Shown here piece by piece: positions 22,722 to 34,400 of a stretch of 64,000 bases of DNA (position 1 is the first letter of the stretch; the number at the start of each line of letters is the position of its first letter). The notes under the pieces are model-generated. The model had not been told where the DNA came from, searched no databases, and saw only the letters and a list, made by a program, of their open reading frames with translations. The translations under genes and the position numbers were made by a program. This stretch comes from Nemertoderma westbladi (lineage: Eukaryota > Animalia > Xenacoelomorpha), in assembly GCA_032718475.1 (NCBI GenBank), contig JAUCBJ010008884.1, forward strand, positions 32,670-96,669, in the 5' to 3' direction.

Positions 22722-23272
22722 TGTGACGGGATCCGAGAGGATCCCGGTTTATCCGGTGTGTTTCGTACGCGTCCCCGCCCCGCCGTGTGAATGGAAAAGG
22801 TAATAATTGTTCTAGTGTCGTTGTCGAACTCTGATAACGTTGAGATAATAAATGATGAGTGATACAGATAGCACAGTAGATAAAGCTAATATACCGGTAA
22901 TATGGTGACGGTGGCGACGACGGTCTTAACAGTCACCGTACTGCCTTACTGTACTGGGATAGCTGACTGAGTAAACTGAATGATATGATTACAGGTTACT
23001 GGTTATATTGCACGGTGGCCTTATTGCTACTCAATCGATGCCATTCCCCCCTCTGATTGGTTAATACCCTTGTTGGCGCCCCGTGGAGTATTCCCGTTCA
23101 CTCCACCTGTTCTCCTTGGGTTAGGGGTTTGGCCCCTGACCTTCTATTGTGTGCTTCCTTCCCACTCTTATTGGGATGGCACGAGTTGGTTAATTGCCCA
23201 ATCTTGTGGCTCCCAATATTGCTTATCGGCTAATAACTTTATGGGGTGTTGGCGGGATTGAATAAGCTAACA
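22722..23272 (-). repeat. 5' LTR of element B (551 bp)
   Basis: Upstream of gag on the minus strand; direct repeat of 15632-16182. Confidence 0.96.
22973..23060 (-). promoter_or_regulatory. Putative LTR promoter of element B: CCAATCAGAG box, TATAA, Inr-like TCAGTT
   Basis: CCAAT starts at 23060, TATAA at 23007 and the A of TCAGTT is at 22977, giving spacings of -83 and -30. The same CCAATCAGAG occurs in the LTRs of A and D. Confidence 0.5.
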
Positions 23273-23294
23273 GTGTAGCGTGATATATATATAA

Positions 23295-23560
23295 TATATT
23301 AAAATACCGGTATGCTTATGGTATATATAAGTATTATTACAGACTAGGTTTTTCACAGAAACCGGTATATAATTTTAGCACAAATATATATAAATATATA
23401 ATAGGCCTATCGTGGATACCGGTATGCAGTTTACACTTATAGTATATATAAGTATAATTACAGACTAGAATTAATTACAGAATACCGGTATGATTTCAAC
23501 CTAAAATTTATAGAAATAAATATAATAAGCCTATTTTAAATACCGGTATGTCAATTATTT
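23295..23560. repeat. AT-rich degenerate ~57-bp repeats, each centred on the palindrome (T)ACCGGTA, in the 5' UTR of element A
   Basis: ACCGGT at 23306, 23361, 23418, 23484 and 23542; the five copies are also present in element D (about 61900-62155). Confidence 0.75.
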
Positions 23561-24499
23561 TAAATAATTAAATTTCTGAATTTTAAGGGTTACTTGGTTA
23601 CTTTAACTTACTTTATTACCGTTATTTAAGCAGTAGTCCAACTGATATTGAGACCTAATGGTTGGATGGTAGGCCTACTATTTATAAATCGTTAGATTTG
23701 ATTTATAATATATATATACCCGTTTTAATGGGTTTTGTCAATGTTTGAAATAAATGTTATTATTTCTGGGGAGTAATCACTACACAAAGCGGTGCGCTTT
23801 CAGTGGAGTGCTACTTGTTAGACACTAAAACAAATAATTCTAATTTACCTAAGTTACTTAGTACTACAAATTACGTACAATTCGGGTGAGATTACAATTT
23901 CTAAATAAACACAAAAATTTACAAAAACACAAAATACGAATTTTCAGGGTAATTTTACAAGAAGTCTACAAACCAGCCTAACAAAGGGTTAGTATCTGGT
24001 TATTACAACGGACAGGGTACTGCGGTATTTGAAAATAATACATAGTAGTAAATACACTGCATTGTCCAGATAGGAAAATACCACCGCCTGACGACCTATA
24101 GCCGTATCGCTATAGGTACTACGTTATGTATCACGGAGTGTTCCTACCTAGAAGTTAATAGAGCTAATCGAACGTGCCTATCAACCACTTTACAACACAA
24201 ATATAATGCCTACACTAATTAATCTCGGAAAGCACTGTACACTAAACCCTAAATTAGGTACGAGTACTTGTACAACATATAATCAGTAGTTAAATATACT
24301 TGAACAGCTAAAAGAACCACGGCATCTGCTGGAGTGACCGGTGCACAAAATCACCAGTCTTTACCTACGCCAAGCAGCCCGTGTAGTACCGGGGTTAATT
24401 TAACTATAGCGGTATGTATAACAAACACAATTATTGTAGGAACAAACTTGGGGAATGAATGTTGCGAATAATCGCATAAACTCCGAATAATAAATATTA

Positions 24500-25075
24500 C
24501 GCTACGCGTACAAACCGCTCAAACAAAATGCAGACCAAATACTGACAGACTACTATCAAGCCTAAATAAACTACAGGACATACAGACTCCGAAATGATTA
24601 GGTAGTATGCGTTCTAAACCAGTAGTACGACTTATTCTTTAGTTGGGGGTTTACCTTACAGCATTGGCTGCCCCTACTTCCTAACCGTTCTTTATCGGAC
24701 AGAGGCTCTACACACACTGCAATCCGTTCAGACCTAATAACAGCCAGACAACTATCCAGCCTACAAATTATCTAAATAAATATTATACGCTACCCGTACA
24801 GACTTACACAAACAAAGTACAGACTAAACGATGGCAGACTACTCTCAAGCCTAAATAAACTACAGGACATGCAGACTCCGAAATGATTAGGTAGTATGCG
24901 TTCTAACCCAGTAGTACGACTTATTCTTTAGTTGGGGGTTTACCTTACAGCATTGGCTGCCCCTACTTCCTAACCGTTCTTTATCGGACAGGTGATCTAC
25001 ACACACTGCAATCCGTTCAGACTTAACAACAATCAGACAACAGCTCAGCCTACAAATTGTCTGTACAATCTGATC
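24500..25075. repeat. 289-bp tandem duplication in the 5' UTR of element A
   Basis: Anchors 24558/24847, 24661/24950 and 24720/25009 are each 289 bp apart; the same duplication is in D at about 60395-60970. Confidence 0.9.
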
Positions 25076-25354
25076 AGGCTTACACGCCTTCTGTTCAATA
25101 CTGGCCTACAAACAAATAAAACTTGACAGAAATAAGTAAAAATCTCAATAAAAAACCAGGGCGGGCCCTCCCTGATTAATTATTAAGGCCTACCGGTATA
25201 TAACTATCAAAATCGAATAATACTGCTGTACCTGTACTGTAAGTACCGGTTCGGATGATCAGGCAGTCAGGCCTACTGGTTACAGCAGTACAGGTTACCG
25301 TTTGACCGGTACCGGTACTTTAGACTTGATTGCTTACGCCGCAATCCAGAAGCA

Positions 25355-25365
25355 ATATCCGTTAT
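25355..25365 (-). other. Non-canonical primer-binding site of element A (ATAACGGATAT), complementary to its own LTR segment 26085-26095 (7492-7502 in the 3' LTR)
   Basis: Directly follows the 5' LTR; lacks TGG; exact 11-nt reverse complement ATATCCGTTAT is on the LTR sense strand. Confidence 0.8.
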
Positions 25366-26559
25366 TGTTCGCGCTTTCAGACCTTTGGCAGTTTAACCCG
25401 CCAAATTAGGATGTCTTCTAGATAATAAATCGCTTTAGCCTCTAACAAGTATTTGATTCACTACACTAGTTGAAACCAATCTGTGCGCGATCATTCACCC
25501 GTTGGATATACCCGGGAGATTGACTTCGACGGCTTAATCGTATTGCTATGTAAGCCTAATGTATTATTCGACTGACAGTATTATATAATCTCTGACAATA
25601 TTATTCACCTTCGGGGAATATTAACAGTTCCTTTAGGACGTGGCGCTCTATCTATATAAACAGAGTTATGACTTAAACTACTCACAACGATATGGCTTAG
25701 TTACAATTCACATATATGGCGCATTCTTTAGGAAATGCTTCGTTATCAGTCTCACTCATACACAATGCTGCACAATACTGCACACTGATCTGCCGATCTT
25801 CACTGATTTTAGTCACATATAAAAGGAACACGGACCGAATCATGTAGGGTCTATCAAATAACATTAGATTCACTTCAAACCACTTTAACATAAGTCACAA
25901 TCGTTATATGTAACCTTTCTCTCTTACCTTCGGTATATCAAGAATATTGGGTTTCGGGGTTATTTCTCGTTATTCCAAATATAATAATTCATCAACCATA
26001 TTATGAAGAACCGACAGTGAATAGCAGTATAACAATATAAAAGTATGCACAGGTTGTTTGATTAGGTATGGTATGTTATGTTTGATAACGGATATATGTC
26101 CTTATAATTAAGCCTACTAGTGTAAGGCTAAAGCAGAAAAGCACAAAATACTCCAAAGCCGTTCTTCCTTGGCTCAGGACTGAATGATAACACTGCCCAT
26201 AATGCATTACGTGATTTCTCGGAAATTTCTGTACAAGAGCCATAAAAACGCTCTGATTGGTTGACTGAACTGAGAGATGCCGTAGAACAAAGAAAATCGA
26301 CACGTATGAATATCAGCTGTTAACCGTCGTCATAGTAACTACTGTTCAAGAGTATCTCGCCTCTTTTGCGTCATAGAATTGCCATGGAACCACCAACCAT
26401 GTCTTCCAAAGTACACATACGGAAGAAATAGCTCTTAGGTCCTCTAAAAAACACCGATACAGCAATAATACGGCCTCTTACGCCTACTAAACCAACTACA
26501 GAGTATTTTACGGGAAAAATAAGGAAAAATAACCGGGCAATTCCGCAAAAGCTTTTACA
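25366..26559 (-). repeat. 5' LTR of element A (1194 bp)
   Basis: Direct repeat of 6773-7966; upstream of gag on the minus strand. Confidence 0.96.
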
Positions 26560-27514
26560 TAGTGGGTCAGTAGATAGCAGTCTAGAACTATAAAGTTATT
26601 GAGATAGTGGGTCAGTAGATAGGAGTTTAGAACTATATAAAGTTATTGAGATAGTGGGCCAGTAGATAGGAGTCTAGAACTATACAGTTATTGAGATAAT
26701 GGGTCAGTAGATAGGAGTCTAGAACTATAAAGTTATTGAGATAGTGGGCCAGTAGATAGGAGTCTAGAACTATAAAGTTATTGAGATAGTGGGTCAGTAG
26801 ATAGGAGTCTAGAACTATATAAAGTTATTGAGATAGTGGGTCAGTAGATAGGAGTCTAGAACTATAATGTTATTGAGATAGTGGGTCAGTAGATAGGAGT
26901 CTAGAACTATATAAATTTATTGAGATAGTGGGCCAGTAGATAGGAGTCTAGAACTATAAAGTGATTGAGATAGTGGGTCAGTAGATAGGAGTGTAGAACT
27001 ATAAAGTTATTGAGATAATGGGTCAGTAGATAGGAGTCTAGAACTATATAAATTTATTGAGATAGTGGGCCAGTAGATAGGAGTCTAGAACTATAAAGTG
27101 ATTGAGATAGTGGGCCAGTAGATAGGAGTCTAGAACTATATAAAGTTATTGAGATAGTGGGTCAGTAGATAGGAGTCTAGAACTATAAAGTTATTGAGAT
27201 AATGGGTCAGTAGATAGGAGTCTAGAACTATATAAATTTATTGAGATAGTGGGCCAGTAGATAGGAGTCTAGAACTATAAAGTGATTGAGATAGTGGGCC
27301 AGTAGATAGGAGTCTAGAACTATATAAAGTTATTGAGATAGTGGGTCAGTAGATAGGAGTCTAGAACTATAAAGTTATTGAGATAATGGGTCAGTAGATA
27401 GGAGTCTAGAACTATATAAAGTTATTGAGATAGTGGGCCAGTACATAGGAGTCTAGAACTATAAAGTTATTGAGATAGTGGGTCAGTAGATAGGAGTCTA
27501 GAACTATAAAGTTA
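26560..27514. repeat. 45-bp satellite (about 21 monomers)
   Basis: Same monomer and orientation; resumes in register after the TSD. Confidence 0.97.
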
Positions 27515-28457
27515 CTACTACTACTAGGATCGGCATGCTGCGTTGCAGCTGCATTTTTAAGAATGCTGTGCCGGCTTGTCAACAAAATTGCACCGCCACA
27601 ACTCCCTATCACCCATGACATTTGCTAGATCATCTGCATCTTTAAGGCCAGTGTCCTTTAAGATGCGTCTCAAGAAAGTCATGGGCTGTCCACCATGCTT
27701 ATTCACTCCATGAGGCTGCCAAAGTACAAGATTATGCACTGGCTGGTCCTCACGGCGAAAGCAATGTCCTGCAAAGCGGAGGCGATTTTGTTCTAGTGTC
27801 AAGCTTGGGGGAACCAATGAGACACCTCCAATGTTATATAGTGTCTGGTTGGAGATGTGTGCATTGTACTTGACACAATGAACCCGGCGTAGCATTCTTG
27901 TGAATGTGCCATCCAGAGATTTGGTGTCCTCAGCAGTTAGAGCCCAGCATGGACTCCCATAGAGGAGTACTGGAACTACTGCTGCTCTAAATAATCGGAC
28001 CTTAAGTTTCCGATTAATTCTCGGTGACTTCCAAATCCTGGAAAGCCTATTCAAGGCTGCCCATGCCTTTCCCTTACGTATTCGAAGGTCCTCACCTGAC
28101 TTCCGGATCCATGATCCCAGGTAACAGAAGTCGTCCACATGCTCAAGCATACCATCCTTTGAACTTATGCTCATCCGATCAGAGACTTGCTGAGGACTTT
28201 CAAAGTTAACTGTCAGAATTTTGGTCTTTCTGGAGTTAATAAAAAGACCAACACTAGAAGCAGCATGTTCTAATGAGCTGAGGAGCCGTTGGGCTCCTTC
28301 TAATGATTCTGAGAGTACTCCTAAGTCATCAGCAAAGTCTAGATCAGTTAGGTACTTGGCAGGATTTCCTCGACTTCTGGAGCCAGTAGGTGGAGTTATC
28401 ATCACCCCATCATCATTATGATGATCTAAGGACATGCGTAGAACATAGTCAACCACA
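27515..28457 (-). mobile_element. Element C: 5'-truncated non-LTR retrotransposon (RTE-like LINE)
   Basis: RT C-terminal ORF, ~40-nt 3' UTR ending in a (TAG)4 tail, and a 13-15-bp TSD AGAACTATAAAGT(TA) (27500-27514 and 28468-28482). An extra AGAACTATAC sits at the 5' junction. Confidence 0.92.
27557..28456 (-). pseudogene. C-terminal 299 aa of a LINE reverse transcriptase (5'-truncated, frame still open)
   Basis: LDFADDL catalytic motif, GLFINSRKTK, FCYLGS, LLYGSPCW and RLRFAGH are typical of RTE-clade ORFs. The start codon in the track is only the truncation point. Confidence 0.9.
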
Positions 28458-31400
28458 AGAACTATACAGAACTATAAAGTTATTGAGATAGTGAGTCAGT
28501 AGATAGGAGTCTAGAACTATAAAGTTATTGAGATAGTGGGTCAGTAGATAGGAGTCTAGAACTATAAAACTATTGAGATAGTGGGTCAGTAGATAAGAGT
28601 CTAGAACTATAAATTTATTGAGATAGTGGGCCAGTAGATAGGAGTCTAAAACTATATAAAGTAATTGAGATAGTGGACCAGTAGATAGGAGTCTAGAACT
28701 ATGAAGTGATTGAGATAGTGGGCCAGTAGATAGGAGTCTAGAACTATAAAGTTATTGAGATAGTGGGTCAGTAGATAGGAGTCTAGAACTATAAAGTTAT
28801 TGAGATAGTGGATCAGTAGATAGGAGTCTAGAACTATAAAGTTATTGAGATAGTGGGTCAGTAGATAGGCGTCTAGAACTATAAAGTTATTGAGATAGTG
28901 GGTCAGTAGATAGGAGTCTAGAACTATAAAGTGATTGAGATAGTGGGCCAGTAGGTAGGAGTCTAGGACTATAAAGTTCTTGAGGTAGTGGGTCAGTAGA
29001 TAGGAGTCTAGAACTATAAAGTTATTGAGATAGTGGGTCAGTAGATAGGAGTCTAGAACTATAAAGTTATTGAGATAGTGGGTCAGTAGATAGGAGTCTA
29101 GAACTATAAAGTTATTGAGATAGTGGGTCAGTAGATAGGAGTCTAGAACTATAAGAACTATAAAGTTATTGAGATAGTGGGTCAGTAGATAGGAGTCTAG
29201 AACTATAAAGTTATTGAGATAGTGGGTCAGTAGATAGGAGTCTAGAACTATAAAGTTATTGAGATAGTGGGTCAGTAGATAGGAGGCTAGAACTATAAAG
29301 TTATTGAGATAGTGGGTCAGTAGATAGGAATCTAGAAATATAAATTTATTGAGATAGTGGGTCAGTAGATAGGAGTCTAGAACTATATAAAGTTATTTAG
29401 ATAGTGGGTCAGTAGATAGGAGTCTAGAACTATAAAGTGATTGAGATAGTGGGCCAGTAGATAGGAGTCTAGAACTATAAAGTTATTGAGATAGTGGGTC
29501 ATTAGATAGGAGTCTAGAACTATAAAGTTATTGAGATAGTGGCCGTCAGTAGATAGGAGTCTAGAACTGTAAAGTTATTGAGATAGTGGGTCAGTAGATA
29601 GGAGTCTAGAACTATAAAGTTATTGAGATAGTGGGTCAGTAGATAGGAGTCTAGAACTATAAAGTGATTGAGATAGTGGGCCAGTAGATAGGAGTCTAGA
29701 ACTATAAAGTTATTGAGATAGTGGGTCATTAGATAGGAGTCTAGAACTATAAAGTTATTGAGATAGTGGCCGTCAGTAGATAGGAGTCTAGAACTATATA
29801 AATTTATTGAGATAGTGGGCCAGTAGATAGGAGTCTAGAACTATAAAGTTATTGAGATAGTGGGTCAGTAGATAGGAGTCTAGAACTATAAAGTTATTGA
29901 GATAGTGGGTCAGTAGATAGGAGTCTAGAACTATAAAGTGATTGAGATAGTGGGCCAGTAGATAGGAGTCTAGAACTATAAAGTTATTGAGATAGTGGGT
30001 CAGTAGATAGGAGTCTAGAACTATAAAGTTATTGAGATAGTGGGTCAGTAGATAGGAGTCTAGAACTATAAAGTTATTGAGATAGTGGGTCAGTAGATAG
30101 GAGTCTAGAACTATAAAGTGATTGAGATAGTGGGCCAGTAGATAGGAGTCTAGAACTATAAAGTTATTGAGATAGTGGGTCATTAGATAGGAGTCTAGAA
30201 CTATAAAGTTATTGAGATAGTGGCCGTCAGTAGATAGGAGTCTAGAACTATATAAATTTATTGAGATAGTGGGCCAGTAGATAGGAGTCTAGAACTATAT
30301 AAAGTTATTGAGATAGTGGGCTAGTAGATAAGAGTCTAGAACTACAAAGTTATTGAGATAGTGGGCCAGTAGATAGGAGTCTAGAACTATAAAGTGATTG
30401 AGATAGTGGGTCAGTAGATAGGAGTCTAGAAATATAAAGTTATTGAGATAGTGGGTCAGTAGATAGGATTCTAGAACTATAAAGTTATTGAGATAGTGGT
30501 TCAGTAGATAGGAGTCTAGAACTACAAAGTTATTGAGATAGTGGGCCAGTAGATAAGAGTCTAGAACTATAAAGTTATTGAGATAGTGGGTCAGTAGATA
30601 GGAGTCTAGAACTATTTAAAGTTATTGAGATAGTGGGTCAGTAAATAGGAGTCTAGAACTATATAAAGTTATTGAGATAGTGGGCCAGTAGATAGGAGTC
30701 TAGAAATATATAAAGTTATTGAGATAGTGGGTCAGTAAATAGGAGTCTAGAACTATATAAAGTTATTGAGATAGTGGGCCAGTAGATAGGAGTCTAGAAC
30801 TATAAAGTTATTGAGATTGCGCGTCAATAGATAGGAGTCTAGAACTAAATAAAGTTATTGAGATAGTGGGTCAGTAGATAGGAGTCTAGAACTAAATAAA
30901 GTTATTGAGATAGTGGGTCAGTAGATAGGAGTCTAGAACTATATAAAATTATTGAGATAGTGGGTCAGTAGATAGGAGTCTAGAACTAAATAAAGTTATT
31001 GAGATAGTGGTTCAGTAGATCGGAGTCTAGAAGTATATAAAGTTATTGAGATAGTGGGTCAGTAGATAGGAGTCTAGAACTATAAAGTTATTGAGATTGG
31101 GCGTCATTAGATAGGAGTCTAGAACTATAAAGTTATTGAGATAGTGGGTCAGTAGATAGGAGTCTAGAAATATATAAAGTTATTGAGATAGTGGGCCAGT
31201 ACATAGGAGTCTAGAACTATAAAGTTATTGAGATAGTGGGTCAGTAGATAGGAGTCTAGAACTATAAAGTTATTGAGATAGTGGGTCAGTAGATAGGAGT
31301 CTAGAACTAAAAAGTTATTGAGATAGTGGGTCAGTAGATAGGAGTCTAGAACTATAAATTTATTGAGATAGTGGGTCAGTAGATAAGAGTCTAGAACTAT

Positions 31401-34400
31401 AAAGTTATTGAGATAGTGGGACAGTAGATAGGAGTCTAAAACTATATAAAATTATTGAGATAGTGGACCAGTAGATAGGAGTTTAGAACTATAAAGTGAT
31501 TGAGATAGTGGGCCAGTAGATAGGAGTCTAGAACTATAATGTTATTGAGATAGTGGGTCAGTAGATAGGAGTCTAGAACTATAAAGTTATTGAGATAGTG
31601 GATCAGTAGATAGGAGTCTAGAACTATAAAGTTATTGAGATAGTGGGTCAGTAGATAGGCGTCTATAACTATAAAGTTATTGAGATAGTGGGTCAGTAGA
31701 TAGGAGTCTAGAACTATAAAGTTATTGAGATAGTGGGTCAGTAGATAGGAGTCTAGAACTATAAAGTGATTGAGATAGTGTGCCAGTAGATAGGAGTCTA
31801 GAACTATAAAGTTATTGAGATAGTGGGTCAGTAGATAGGAGTCTAGAACTATAAAGTTATTGAGATAGTGGGTCAGTAGATAGGAGTCTAGAACTATAAA
31901 GTTATTGAGATAGTGGGTCAGTAGATAGGAGTCTAGAACTATAAGAACTATAAAGTTATTGAGATAGTGGGTCAGTAGATAGGAGTCTAGAACTATAAAG
32001 TTATTGAGATAGTGGGTCAGTAGATAGGAGTCTAGAACTATAAAGTTATTGAGATAGTGGGTCAGTAGATAGGAGTCTAGAACTATAAAGTTATTGAGAT
32101 AGTGGGTCAGTAGATAGGAATCTAGAACTATAAAGTTATTGAGATAGTGGGTCAGTAGATAGGAGTCTAGAACTATAAAGTGATTGAGATAGTGGGCCAG
32201 TAGATAGGAGTCTAGAACTATAAAGTTATTGAGATAGTGGGTCAGTAGATAGGAGTCTAGAACTATAAAGTTATTGAGATAGTGGGTCAGTAGATAGGAG
32301 TCTAGAACTATATAAAGTGATTGAGATAGTGGGCCAGTAGATAGGAGTCTAGAACTATAAAGTTATTGAGATAGTGGGTCAGTAGATAGGAGTCCAGAAC
32401 TATAAAGTTATTGAGATAGTGGGTCAGTAGATAGGAGTCTAGAACTATAAACTTATTGAGATAGTGGGTCAGTAGATAGGAGTCTAGAACTATAAAGTTA
32501 TTGAGATAGTGGGTCAGTAGATAGGAGTCTAGAACTATAAAGTTATTGAGATAGTGGGTTAGTAGATAGGAGTCTAGAACTATAAAGTTATTGAGATAGT
32601 GGGTCAGTAGATAGGAGTCTAGAACTATAAAGTGATTGAGATAGTGGGCCAGTAGATAGGAGTCTAGAACTATAAAGTTATTGAGATAGTCTAGAACTAT
32701 AAACTTATTGAGATAGTGGGTCAGTAGATAGGAATCTAGAACTATAAAGTTATTGAGATAGTGGGTCAGTAGATAGGAGTCTAGAACTATAAAGTTATTG
32801 AGATAGTGGGTTAGTAGATAGGAGTCTAGAACTATAAAGTTATTGAGATAGTGGGTCAGTAGATAGGAGTCTAGAACTATAAAGTGATTGAGATAGTGGG
32901 CCAGTAGATAGGAGTCTAGAACTATAAAGTTATTGAGATAGTGGGTCAGTAGATAGGAGTCTAGAACTATAAAGTTATTGAGATAGTGGGTCAGTAGATA
33001 GGAGTCTAGAACTATAAAGTTATTGAGATAGTGGGTCAGTAGATAGGAGTCTAGAACTATAAAGTTATTGAGATAGTGGGTCAGTAGATAGGAATCTAGA
33101 ACTATAAAGTTATTGAGATAGTGGGTCAGTAGATAGGAGTCTAGAACTATAAAGTGATTGAGATAGTGGGCCAGTAGATAGGAGTCTAGAACTATAAAGT
33201 TATTGAGATAGTGGGTCAGTAGATAGGAGTCTAGAACTATAAAGTTATTGAGATAGTGGGTCAGTAGATAGGAGTCTAGAACTATATAAAGTGATTGAGA
33301 TAGTGGGCCAGTAGATAGGAGTCTAGAACTATAAAGTTATTGAGATAGTGGGTCAGTAGATAGGAGTCTAGAACTATATAAAGTTATTGAGATAGTGGGC
33401 CAGTAGATAGGAGTCTAGAACTATAAACTTATTGAGATAGTGGGTCAGTAGATAGGAGTCTAGAACTATAAAGTTATTGAGATAGTGGGTCAGTAGATAG
33501 GAGTCTAGAACTATAAAGTTATTGAGATAGTGGGTCAGTAGATAGGAGTCTAGAACTATAAAGTTATTGAGATAGTGGGTCAGTAGATAGGAGTCTAGAA
33601 CTATAAAGTGATTGAGATAGTGGGCCAGTAGATAGGAGTCTAGAACTATAAAGTTATTGAGATAGTCTAGAACTATAAACTTATTGAGATAGTGGGTCAG
33701 TAGATAGGAATCTAGAACTATAAAGTTATTGAGACAGTGGGTCAGTAGATAGGAGTCTAGAACTATAAAGTTATTGAGATAGTGGGTTAGTAGATAGGAG
33801 TCTAGAACTATAAAGTTATTGAGATAGTGGGTCAGTAGATAGGAGTCTAGAACTATAAAGTGATTGAGATAGTGGGTCAGTAGATAGGAGTCTAGAAATA
33901 TAAAGTTATTGAGATAGTGGGTCAGTAGATAGGATTCTAGAACTATAAAGTTATTGAGATAGTGGTTCAGTAGATAGGAGTCTAGAACTACAAAGTTATT
34001 GAGATAGTGGGCCAGTAGATAAGAGTCTAGAACTATAAAGTTATTGAGATAGTGGGTCAGTAGATAGGAGTCTAGAACTATTTAAAGTTATTGAGATAGT
34101 GGGTCAGTAAATAGGAGTCTAGAACTATATAAAGTTATTGAGATAGTGGGCCAGTAGATAGGAGTCTAGAAATATATAAAGTTATTGAGATAGTGGGTCA
34201 GTAAATAGGAGTCTAGAACTATATAAAGTTATTGAGATAGTGGGCCAGTAGATAGGAGTCTAGAACTATAAAGTTATTGAGATTGCGCGTCAATAGATAG
34301 GAGTCTAGAACTAAATAAAGTTATTGAGATAGTGGGTCAGTAGATAGGAGTCTAGAACTAAATAAAGTTATTGAGATAGTGGGTCAGTAGATAGGAGTCT

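Larger units (their letters stand above)
15632..23272 (-). mobile_element. Element B: nested BEL/Pao-type LTR retrotransposon of a different family, Gag-protease only
   Basis: 551-bp LTRs with TG...CA ends; TSD GTGTA (15627-15631 and 23273-23277). The empty site with a single copy is seen in element D near 62172-62190. Confidence 0.95.
6773..26559 (-). mobile_element. Element A: BEL/Pao-type LTR retrotransposon, non-autonomous (Gag-protease, RT deleted), carrying nested element B
   Basis: Two 1194-bp direct repeats with TG...CA ends; 5-bp TSD TAGTG (6768-6772 and 26560-26564); minus-strand ORF with Pao-type Gag, zinc knuckles and a DSG protease motif. Confidence 0.95.

Noticed and set aside
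11356-22726. Many plus-strand ORFs antisense to the gag genes (for example 19263-20018, 20604-21092, 14587-15002), and minus-strand ORFs over D gag
   Set aside because: Shadows of long, biased or repetitive ORFs on the opposite strand, with no motifs.
25340-25365. Canonical tRNA primer-binding site after the 5' LTRs of A, B and D
   Set aside because: No TGG within the first nucleotides after any LTR, and the sites differ between the close relatives A and D. A tRNA-fragment primer cannot be fully excluded without a search.
27557-28456. LINE RT as the helper enzyme for the RT-less LTR elements
   Set aside because: It is 5'-truncated, belongs to the non-LTR class, has its own TSD and lies outside the LTR elements, so it is an independent insertion.
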